Positions 34,433-42,732 of a stretch of 64,000 bases of DNA are shown in pieces (the first letter of the stretch is position 1; every line of letters begins with the position of its first letter). The DNA comes from an uncultured candidatus Porisulfidus sp. (lineage in GTDB: Bacteria > Pseudomonadota > Gammaproteobacteria > Poriferisulfidales > Poriferisulfidaceae): the NCBI GenBank assembly GCA_965221375.1, contig OZ244883.1, forward strand, positions 892,409-956,408, written 5' to 3'. The translations under genes and the position numbers were made by a program. Below the pieces are notes generated by a model, which made no database searches, had not been told where the DNA came from, and saw nothing but the letters and a program-made list of their open reading frames with translations.

Positions 34433-35905
34433 ATGTGTGTTGGTTGCGTTGTTGGAAGAAAATTTTTTGTGTGGGCGGTGCTGGTGGGCTGGATGGGGGT
34501 GGCCGACGTGCAGGCGGGAATTCCAGTGCCAAATCCGCCACCACTAGCGACGTATCCGACTCCGCCACCGCCGAGCATAATGATTGATGCGGGTATGGAT
34601 CAGACGGTGTCCGGAGGGAGCGTGGTGCAGTTGAGTGGCACAACGACAGGAGATAGCGCGAGTTGGAGTTTGAGTTGGAGTCAAACGGCCGGCACGACGG
34701 TGGCGTTGGAAAATCCCTCGTCATCATCGCCAACGTTTCAGGCGCCGGGTGTGAGTTCAAATCCCCAAGTGTTGACGTTTCGCTACGCTGCGAGTAGGGA
34801 TTGGAGTTGGTGCCGTCGTGAGGTGTCTGGTTCCTGCGTTGATACTGTCTACGAAACGTCGACGACTTCGGACATAGTGGATGTGACGGTAAGAGCGAGT
34901 CTGTCGGTAGTGGTGGAATCATATCAGACAGTGGGGTCGGGGGTGTCGGTATCGCTGTCGGGTTTGGCGACGGGAGGCAGCGAAACGAAGAGTTACACAT
35001 GGGTGCAGATGGGAGGATCATCAACGGTTGTACTCAATAATGCGAATCAGGCATCTGCGTATTTCACGGCGCCGACGGTGGCGGCACGTGCGACTCTGTC
35101 GTTCCAGTTGACGGTGACGGCGGGGAGCGAGATGTCGACGGACGTGGTGGACGTGTTGGTGTTGCCGCCGCCCGTCGTTGCGGAGGCGGGTTTGGCACAA
35201 ACGGTGGAATCAGGGGCATCGGTGACATTGTCAGGTTTGACGACATGGGGTGAAGGCTTAAAGAATTACTCGTGGGTGCAGACGGGCGGTTGGCCGACAG
35301 TGGCGCTCAGTGACGCAGACCAGATGTCGGTGAGTTTTATGGCACCGACGGTGGTGGTAATGACGGAGTTGGATTTCGCGCTGACGGTGGCGGACTTGTC
35401 GGGTTCGTCAACGGACACGGTGCGGGTGACGGTGTCGGCGAAGCCACCACAGGTGACGGGCTTATCGCTGGCATCGCGGCCAATATCAGGAGACAGGTAC
35501 AAGCAGGGAGAGACGATTCGAGTGCAGGTATGGCTGTCGGAGTTGGCAGTGGTGTCGGGGTCGCCGCAATTGGCGCTGGAGGTGGGTAATCAGACGCGGA
35601 CGATGAGTTACACAGGATTGGACCGGGCGCGAGTATTGGAGTTTGATTACACGGTGCAGGCATCGGACACGGATATAGATGGAGTCAGCGTTTGGAGCGG
35701 CGCGTTAAGTCTACCGTCAGGAGCATCGTTGATGGGAGAGGCTGGAGGAGTGGTGGGAGTGGACCTGTCGGCTCATGCAATTTTGAACGCTTCGGGACAC
35801 AAAGTGGATGGGGAACAGTCTGCGGTGTCGCCGTTGCCGAATCTGAATGAGTGTTCGAAGGAGGAGGTGAGTGTATTGAATCTTCCGGATCAGGGGAGCG
35901 ACTGA
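34433..35905 (+). CDS. Secreted PKD/Ig-like repeat protein (adhesin/adaptor), paralogue 2
   Basis: Signal peptide ending VQA, three PKD-like repeats plus same C-terminal Ig-like domain; stop overlaps RHS start (TGATG); start codon uncertain. Confidence 0.75.
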   Translation: MCVGCVVGRKFFVWAVLVGWMGVADVQAGIPVPNPPPLATYPTPPPPSIMIDAGMDQTVSGGSVVQLSGTTTGDSASWSLSWSQTAGTTVALENPSSSSPTFQAPGVSSNPQVLTFRYAASRDWSWCRREVSGSCVDTVYETSTTSDIVDVTVRASLSVVVESYQTVGSGVSVSLSGLATGGSETKSYTWVQMGGSSTVVLNNANQASAYFTAPTVAARATLSFQLTVTAGSEMSTDVVDVLVLPPPVVAEAGLAQTVESGASVTLSGLTTWGEGLKNYSWVQTGGWPTVALSDADQMSVSFMAPTVVVMTELDFALTVADLSGSSTDTVRVTVSAKPPQVTGLSLASRPISGDRYKQGETIRVQVWLSELAVVSGSPQLALEVGNQTRTMSYTGLDRARVLEFDYTVQASDTDIDGVSVWSGALSLPSGASLMGEAGGVVGVDLSAHAILNASGHKVDGEQSAVSPLPNLNECSKEEVSVLNLPDQGSD

Positions 35906-38900
35906 TGGGGTCGCGCTCGTTGGTTTTTCTGTTCCAAGCGGTAGCGGGCGTCTTGCTGCTGGGGGCGGAGACGGTATCCGCGGCGGCAGTATCGGGAACG
36001 TTGGATGGTGCGTTGTCGGTAGATCAGACGGGTTCGGCGGGGTATACGGTTCCAGTTGAGGTTCCGCCGGGGACGGCGGAGATGCAACCGTCGTTGTCGC
36101 TGTCGTACAACAGCAATGGTGGCAACGGGCTACTGGGTCAGGGTTGGACGCTGCAGGGCTTGTCCACGATCAGCCGTTGCCCGAAGACGAAGGCGCAGGA
36201 CAATGTGCGGGGGACGATCAATTACGATGCGGACGACCGGTTCTGCCTGGACGGGAGCCGCCTGATTGCGGTGCACGGGACATATGGGTCGAGTGGCGCG
36301 GAATATCGGACCGAGCTTGACAGTTTCGCGAAGGTGATTTCGATGGGCACAGTGGAGGGTGGTCCTCAGTATTGGGTGGTGTGGACAAAGTCGGGCCAGA
36401 AGATGGAGTATGGAAGAACGACATCATCGCGAGTAGAAGCGACGGGCCAATCGGCCGTGCGGCAGTGGAAGTTGAATCGGGTGGAAGATACGCTCGGGAA
36501 CTATCTGACGGTGACGTATATCGAGGCTGCGACGGACGGTTTTGCGTATCCGAGCCGAATCGACTACAGCGGTCACCAACAGGGGAACGTGAACCAGGCG
36601 CCGTATGCATCGGTACGTTTCAGTTACGAAGACCGACACGACGACATTGTGCTGATGCATGGTGGGCATAGGGTCAGCGTGGACAAGCGCTTAACCCATG
36701 CCAAGACCTACATTGGCGAGACGCTGGTCTCGGACTACCGACTGAGTTATTCTTCTACTGGTTTGCCTTACCCTTCGAGGATCGTTGGCATCCAGCGATG
36801 TGACGGGATGGGGGACTGCCTGCCGGGTGCCGATATGACGTGGAACAGTTTGGGCACGGGCACGATGAGTTCGGCGGAGCAGTTACGTTACATTGGTCAA
36901 ATCGACAGTTTTGTGGTCACGGGTGATTTTTCCGGCACCGGGCGGGAGCGTCTCTGGTTTACGAGGGCGCCTTCGGGGTACGCCGGATACGAACCGCTGG
37001 TTGGCGACTACGATGGGGATGGGGATTCGGACATTGCTTGGGTGAAGGCATCAAGCGCGGGGTTCTACTTTTATCTGAACGGAAGTTCGAGGAAAGTGTC
37101 AAGCGGATACTACGACGGCTATACCCCCCGGACAGGTGATTTCAACGGAGATGGTCGCACCGATGTGATCTGGACAAAGAAGAAAAGATATAGTTTCGGG
37201 TGGTGGGGTTTTACATACGTGTCCACGAATGTTTATATCAAAGTGGCACTGAGCAACGGTTCAGGTATCGGAGCCCCAATCCATATGGTGCGGGGCTTCA
37301 GTGGAGAACCCAACAGTTACGAAACCCAAGTCGGAGATTTCAATGGCGACGGTTTGTCCGATCTCGTTTGGAGCCGGGCCTACAATGGCGGCATTCAGAC
37401 CTACGTCAGTTTGGGCGACGGCTCAGGGGGACTTGGCGCACCAACGTTTACTGCAGTGAAGGCCACCGGAGACCACACGGGCTATAAGGCCGCGGTTCTA
37501 GATTTCAATGGCGATGGGCTTTTGGACATGGTCTGGACGAAAAGCCAAAACGGGGGTTTGCGCGCCTATGCGGCGATGGGGAAAGGTGACGGTAGTTTTG
37601 GATCGGTGCAGTATAGCGCACCTCGCACATCGGGAAATTACAGTGGCTATGAGTCGTTAATCGGAGACTTCAACGGAGATGGGTTAATGGATTTGGCGTG
37701 GGCCACGAAATCTAATTCCAGCCGGCATGTCAGCGTGTCTTTTGGGGACGGAACAGGTTTTTTTCAAGCGGCACATGATAGTTCAATTGGTTCGCTTCGC
37801 AGTCAAAGAGAGGACATTTTGAATGTCAATCATACCCAATCGCCGGTAGCCATCGACTTTGACGGAGACGGGGTTTCCGAAATCTTCTGGAGGTCTTGGA
37901 TCAGGTACAGATATACGTATACATCTACATATCAAACTCCTTTTAGTTGTCCGGGGGTGTGGATATCGCAATATACCTGCAGGGCAGAATTTTCCTTTAA
38001 AAGAAATACTTGGGCGGTTCATTATGCAACCAGCACAGTTCCGAAGGGCTATGGCCGGATTGCCACGATTGATACGGGCAATGGGACGACGTTTAATATG
38101 GAATATGAGTCTCTATCGGCGAGTTCCGTGAATATTTATACCAAGGACAGTGACGACGACCTGTGCAGTTTGCCGTGCCGCGATATTCAGATGCCTCTCC
38201 AAGTGGTCAAGGAGGTCATAAAGGACCATGGTGATGATCTGACGGAGCAGATCAGTTATCGATATGGAGGCGCAAAAACGGACCTCAATGGGCGGGGATT
38301 CAAGGGTTTCCGATGGATGGAGTTGACAGACGTACGGACTGGCATCGTTTCCCGTACCGAATATCAGCAAGATTTCCCTTATATCGGACAAGTCAAATCA
38401 AGCAGCCGCTACGTTGATACCTCCCCTCAGACCCTTCTGCATACGGAGGCCAACACCTGGGCAAGCCTTTCTCTGAACGACGGTAAGACGCAGTTTCCAT
38501 ATATTTCATCAAGTGCGGCGGCAACCTACGAGATGGAGGCTGGGCCGGGTAACAGTGCGGTGACGACAGTGACGAACGCGAGTAGCTACGACAGTTACGG
38601 CAACCCGATTGAGATCACGGTGACGACAACGGGAGCGGGAGGCACGTACCGGAAGGTGACGACGAACACTTACACGAATACGATGGTGAACTGGCGTCTG
38701 GGCCGTCTGGCGTGTGCGCAGGTGCGTTCGGAGACACCGACGGTGGCGGTGACACGGACTTCGGGGTTCGCCTACAGTTCGGTGACGGGACTGTTGACAA
38801 AGGAAGTGGTTGAACCGAGTCCGGGAGTGATCAGCGGGTGCGTGTCGGCATTGTCGGCAGCGGAGTTGAAGGACATATCCTTGATCACGACGTACCAGCA

Positions 38901-41900
38901 CGATGCTTACGGGAATCGCCGACAGTCGACGATTCGTGGAGGTGGGATCACCTCGCGTTCGAGTGCGACGGTGTGGGGCGAGCGGGCCAGTTGCGGAGCG
39001 GTGACGGCAAATGGACGTTTTCCCGTATCGGTGAGCAACGCGCTGGGCCATGTGGCAGAGAGTTGGTATTCGGGGGCGTTTGGAAAGTTGCTGCAGAGTC
39101 GGGACGCGAACGGGCTGGAGTTGCGTCAGGAGTATGACGGTTTTGGGCGCCTGATTCGTGTGGTGCATGCAGACGGTCGACAGGAGGTGGTGCAGTATCG
39201 GGACTGCACGGACATGGGCTTGTCTTGTCCCCCTCAAGCGGTGCGAGCAATTTTGACGGACCGCACGGGAGCGGCGTCGGTAATCAGTTATGTGGACCGG
39301 CGAGGCTTGGTAGTGCGCACGGAGACGGAAGGTTTTGATGGGACGGCAGTGTATCAGGACACGGAGTATGACGCGGCGAGCCAAGCCGTGCGGAAGTCGC
39401 GGGCGTATTACGCGGGAGAGGCGGCGCAGTGGAGTCAATACACTTATGACAAGTTGGGCCGGGTGAAGAGCGAGACGTTGCCGAATGGGAGTGTGACGAC
39501 GACGAATTATGACGGATTGGTAGGAGGTTGGATTCAGCAGCGGGTGAGCGTGCAGGTCTCAAGTACAGCGACGGCACGGACGACGACGCGAGAGTACGAC
39601 GCGCGGGGTATGACGGTACGGATGATTGATCCGCTGGGGAGCGAGACGCGTTTCGAGTATACGGAGTATGGCAAGCAGAAAAAGGTGACGGCGGCGAACG
39701 GTTCGGTGACGGAGCGGAGTTTCGATTTGCGGGGGCGGCTGCTGTCGGAGACGGATCCGGACCGAGGGATGCGGACGTACCGCTACAACGCACTGGACGA
39801 ATTGGTATCGAAGACGAATGCGCGGGGTCAGACGACCACATTTGTGTATGACTTGCTGGGTCGATTGGTGCGGCGATCGGAGGCGGAAGGCACGACGGTG
39901 TGGGTGTATGACGCCTCAAGCACGGGCAAAGGTCGCCTGGCGCAGGTGTCGGGTCCGGATGGCTATTTGCGCACGCATGCGTATGACGCCTATGGGCGCC
40001 CGTTGAGAGAGACAGCGACAATTGGAAGGGAGCGTTTTACGACGGCCCGAACGTATGACGCGGCAGGTCGGGTGGCGACGACAACTTATCCAGGGAGTGG
40101 GCTGGTGGTGCGTCATGAGTATACGGCGACGGGCTACTTGGAGAAAGTTCGAAAGGATGCTTCGTGCGGGACGGTGTATTGGACGGCGGAAAAGGTGGAT
40201 GCGGAAGGTCGGGTAGAGGAGTCGCTACTAGGCAATGGAGTAGGCACAACACGAGTGTTCGATCCGCTGACGGGTTTGGTTCAGAGCATCCAGTCGGGTT
40301 TGGGCGAGACCTCGGGGGTGCAGGATTTGGGGTATGTGTTCGATGCGTACGGAAACTTGACCATGCGGGAAGATTTCGCGCAGGATGTGTATGAGAGTTT
40401 CACGTATGACACGCTGAACCGGTTGACAGGTTCGGAGCTGAAGAACGCGGGGACGGAGGCGTTATTAGCGAACAAAAATTATCGCTACGATGCGGTGGGG
40501 AATCTGATAAACAAGTCGGATGTGGGGGCGGCAGACTATGTTTATGGGGCGGGCGATGCGGGTCCGCATGCGGTAACGTCGGCGGGGGACTATGTCTATA
40601 TTTACGATGCCAGCGGAAATATGGTGTCGGGAGCCGGACGGACGCTGACATGGACGAGCTTCCAGAAGCCGCGAACGATAGCGAAAGGGTCGACCGTGAG
40701 CACGTTTGAGTATGGGCCGGACCGGGGACGGGTAAGGCAGGTGAAAGTGAAGGGCGCGGTGACGGAGATTCTCACTTATGTGGGCGGGCTGTATGAGCGG
40801 GTGGAAAAGACGGGTTCGGCGATGGAGCATGTGCACTACGTGTTCGCAGGAGGGGCGCGGGTTGCAATAGAGACGGCGAGCGAGTCGGCGGGCTCAAACG
40901 TGAAGTTGCGCTATCTGCACATGGACCACTTAGGTTCAGTGGATGTGGTAACAAACGAGTTGGGAGAGGTTGTGGAACGGCTGTCTTTTGGAGCGTTTGG
41001 AGAACGGCGGGTTGCGCAGGGCACGGCCACTTGGCAGGACTTGGCACTGGCATTATCTTCAGCGGAAACGCGGCGGGGTTTCACTGGCCACGAGCAACTG
41101 GACGACTTTGGTTTGGTGCACATGAACGGGCGAGTGTATGACCCGCACTTGGGGCGTTTCCTCAGTGCGGATCCATTTGTACAGTTTGCCCTTTCGTCGC
41201 AGGGCTACAACCGCTATACCTACGCCGGCAACAACCCGTTGTCGTATACCGACCCCAGCGGATATTTCATTAAGTCGCTGTTCCGCAAAGTCGCGAGGTT
41301 GGTCAAGAAGGTTTTCAAAAGTTCGGTGTTTCGAACCGTCGCTGCGGTGGCGTTTGCTGTTTATGGGGGGCCAGCTGGAGCAAAGTTGCTAGGCATGGCG
41401 GAAAGTGCTTTCGTGGAAGGTGCGATCGGAGGGTTCGGGGCAGGATTAATTTCAAGCGGAGGCGATATCAAGTCGGCCTTTGTTGGAGGATTGAGTGGGG
41501 GCGCGTTGGGATTTGTTGGAGGCAGTGAATTATTTGAGCTGGCATCAAGTCGCGCAGTCGCGCATGGTGCCGTTGGTGGGGTTTCCTCAGAGTTGATGGG
41601 TGGCAAGTTCGGGGAAGGATTCTTGTCGGCAGGGTTCTCAAGTCTGGCGGCTCCCCAGATAGACAAATTTAATTTCGACGAAAAGGCAGCCCGTATGATA
41701 ACGACGGCTGTTGTCGGTGGTACAGCGTCTGTACTCGCTGGCGGGAAATTCGCCAATGGGGCAAAAACCGCTGCCTATCTGCAATTGTTTGTGGAAATTG
41801 CAAACTTTTATGCAGTTTATACGGGCACAACCGCAGATTGGCGCCCAGGGAAAAATTACGAAAAAACTAAATTTAAAGTTGTGGACGAGAGGAATGGCTT

Positions 41901-42249
41901 TTACATGCAGGATTTCAGAGACCTTCCAGCCGATGCTAACACCGTCGGTAGAAATCTAGATATAGGAGACGCGTTTTGTGTCCAAGGTGACGCTTGCAGT
42001 AGATTTCTGAATGAGATCCCGGGCATCAATGCGACCTCCAAATTCCATGACCGTATCATGAGTTCTGCTGAATACGGGGCAAAATATGGTGCTATTACTG
42101 GTGTTCAGGCAACATTGCTTGATGGCCAGGTTTTCAATTTTGCAACCATGCTTCCCAGTGCCGCAATCGCTTACAGTGCGATAGCGGGAGAAAATATAAG
42201 AGGGTGGCATCGCAGCGCTCTGGCTTGGCATCATGTTCGGGATAAATAA
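35905..42249 (+). CDS. Secreted SpvB/FG-GAP/TcdB-midN/RHS polymorphic toxin (Tc B-C fusion-like), 2114 aa
   Basis: Signal peptide MGSRSLVFL..TVSA; SpvB-type PSLSLSYNSNGGNGLLGQGW..RFCLDG; 7 DFNGDG repeats; GRGFKGF; many YD repeats; RHS core RGFTGHEQLD..MNGRVYDP..RFLSADP..NPLSYTDPSG. Confidence 0.92.
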   Translation: MGSRSLVFLFQAVAGVLLLGAETVSAAAVSGTLDGALSVDQTGSAGYTVPVEVPPGTAEMQPSLSLSYNSNGGNGLLGQGWTLQGLSTISRCPKTKAQDNVRGTINYDADDRFCLDGSRLIAVHGTYGSSGAEYRTELDSFAKVISMGTVEGGPQYWVVWTKSGQKMEYGRTTSSRVEATGQSAVRQWKLNRVEDTLGNYLTVTYIEAATDGFAYPSRIDYSGHQQGNVNQAPYASVRFSYEDRHDDIVLMHGGHRVSVDKRLTHAKTYIGETLVSDYRLSYSSTGLPYPSRIVGIQRCDGMGDCLPGADMTWNSLGTGTMSSAEQLRYIGQIDSFVVTGDFSGTGRERLWFTRAPSGYAGYEPLVGDYDGDGDSDIAWVKASSAGFYFYLNGSSRKVSSGYYDGYTPRTGDFNGDGRTDVIWTKKKRYSFGWWGFTYVSTNVYIKVALSNGSGIGAPIHMVRGFSGEPNSYETQVGDFNGDGLSDLVWSRAYNGGIQTYVSLGDGSGGLGAPTFTAVKATGDHTGYKAAVLDFNGDGLLDMVWTKSQNGGLRAYAAMGKGDGSFGSVQYSAPRTSGNYSGYESLIGDFNGDGLMDLAWATKSNSSRHVSVSFGDGTGFFQAAHDSSIGSLRSQREDILNVNHTQSPVAIDFDGDGVSEIFWRSWIRYRYTYTSTYQTPFSCPGVWISQYTCRAEFSFKRNTWAVHYATSTVPKGYGRIATIDTGNGTTFNMEYESLSASSVNIYTKDSDDDLCSLPCRDIQMPLQVVKEVIKDHGDDLTEQISYRYGGAKTDLNGRGFKGFRWMELTDVRTGIVSRTEYQQDFPYIGQVKSSSRYVDTSPQTLLHTEANTWASLSLNDGKTQFPYISSSAAATYEMEAGPGNSAVTTVTNASSYDSYGNPIEITVTTTGAGGTYRKVTTNTYTNTMVNWRLGRLACAQVRSETPTVAVTRTSGFAYSSVTGLLTKEVVEPSPGVISGCVSALSAAELKDISLITTYQHDAYGNRRQSTIRGGGITSRSSATVWGERASCGAVTANGRFPVSVSNALGHVAESWYSGAFGKLLQSRDANGLELRQEYDGFGRLIRVVHADGRQEVVQYRDCTDMGLSCPPQAVRAILTDRTGAASVISYVDRRGLVVRTETEGFDGTAVYQDTEYDAASQAVRKSRAYYAGEAAQWSQYTYDKLGRVKSETLPNGSVTTTNYDGLVGGWIQQRVSVQVSSTATARTTTREYDARGMTVRMIDPLGSETRFEYTEYGKQKKVTAANGSVTERSFDLRGRLLSETDPDRGMRTYRYNALDELVSKTNARGQTTTFVYDLLGRLVRRSEAEGTTVWVYDASSTGKGRLAQVSGPDGYLRTHAYDAYGRPLRETATIGRERFTTARTYDAAGRVATTTYPGSGLVVRHEYTATGYLEKVRKDASCGTVYWTAEKVDAEGRVEESLLGNGVGTTRVFDPLTGLVQSIQSGLGETSGVQDLGYVFDAYGNLTMREDFAQDVYESFTYDTLNRLTGSELKNAGTEALLANKNYRYDAVGNLINKSDVGAADYVYGAGDAGPHAVTSAGDYVYIYDASGNMVSGAGRTLTWTSFQKPRTIAKGSTVSTFEYGPDRGRVRQVKVKGAVTEILTYVGGLYERVEKTGSAMEHVHYVFAGGARVAIETASESAGSNVKLRYLHMDHLGSVDVVTNELGEVVERLSFGAFGERRVAQGTATWQDLALALSSAETRRGFTGHEQLDDFGLVHMNGRVYDPHLGRFLSADPFVQFALSSQGYNRYTYAGNNPLSYTDPSGYFIKSLFRKVARLVKKVFKSSVFRTVAAVAFAVYGGPAGAKLLGMAESAFVEGAIGGFGAGLISSGGDIKSAFVGGLSGGALGFVGGSELFELASSRAVAHGAVGGVSSELMGGKFGEGFLSAGFSSLAAPQIDKFNFDEKAARMITTAVVGGTASVLAGGKFANGAKTAAYLQLFVEIANFYAVYTGTTADWRPGKNYEKTKFKVVDERNGFYMQDFRDLPADANTVGRNLDIGDAFCVQGDACSRFLNEIPGINATSKFHDRIMSSAEYGAKYGAITGVQATLLDGQVFNFATMLPSAAIAYSAIAGENIRGWHRSALAWHHVRDK
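36920..37890 (+). repeat. Seven FG-GAP/VCBS repeats (integrin-like beta-propeller) inside the RHS gene
   Basis: GDFSGTG, GDYDGDG, GDFNGDG x3, LDFNGDG, IDFDGDG each followed by D/E-hydrophobic-hydrophobic-W (first repeat degenerate). Confidence 0.85.
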
Positions 42250-42256
42250 TAGGCTC

Positions 42257-42604
42257 ATGGTTTGTTATAGATTTCCCGGAAGACCTGACAGGCGTTTCCT
42301 AAGTGTGATGCTACTAGCATATTTGCTGCTGCCGGCATTACTGTCTTGCGACATGACACCGACTCACGAAGCTTTTCTTAGTTTTCATGAAAGCGATGTG
42401 GGCCGAGAAATGGAGGAGGTTTACTCTGGCACTTACATTGTGCCTTATATGCTGGAGGGAAAGATTTTGCCTAATGGCAATTCAGAATACGGATTTGCGC
42501 GTAGAGGGACATGCGAAGTATATTACGAAGTTGATCCAGAAACGAGGATTATTGTTGCTTGGAGATGGCAAGGATTAAAAGAGGATTGTATTCACGGCGG
42601 CTAA
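42257..42604 (+). CDS. Putative cognate immunity lipoprotein
   Basis: 7 nt after toxin stop; hydrophobic stretch ending LLS-C lipobox-like; small mature domain LPNGN..C.VYYEVDP....WRWQG..DC. Confidence 0.65.
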   Translation: MVCYRFPGRPDRRFLSVMLLAYLLLPALLSCDMTPTHEAFLSFHESDVGREMEEVYSGTYIVPYMLEGKILPNGNSEYGFARRGTCEVYYEVDPETRIIVAWRWQGLKEDCIHGG

Positions 42605-42613
42605 GTAGTTCCC

Positions 42614-42641
42614 TGAGGTGGTCCCACTTCTTTGGACAGTT
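42614..42641 (+). mobile_element. Solitary IS3-family-like terminal inverted repeat
   Basis: TGAGGTGGTCCCACTTCTTTGGACAGTT resembles IS3/IS150-group ends (TGA..TG..CCC.....TTGGACA); no partner end or transposase seen. Confidence 0.4.
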
Positions 42642-42732
42642 TGAAGGTGGAATTAACGTGTGCTCCGATTGATGTGATGCCCATTATGAGAACTTCGTTT
42701 CCTAGTCATAGCCTGATACTTCGGCACAAAAT

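Noticed and set aside
33400-34900. Diversity-generating retroelement acting on the PKD variable loop
   Set aside because: No reverse transcriptase in the window, and differences between paralogues are not adenine-restricted
38509-40021. 309-aa and 245-aa minus-strand ORFs inside the RHS gene
   Set aside because: Pro/Arg/His-rich translations expected from the G-skewed, stop-poor reverse strand
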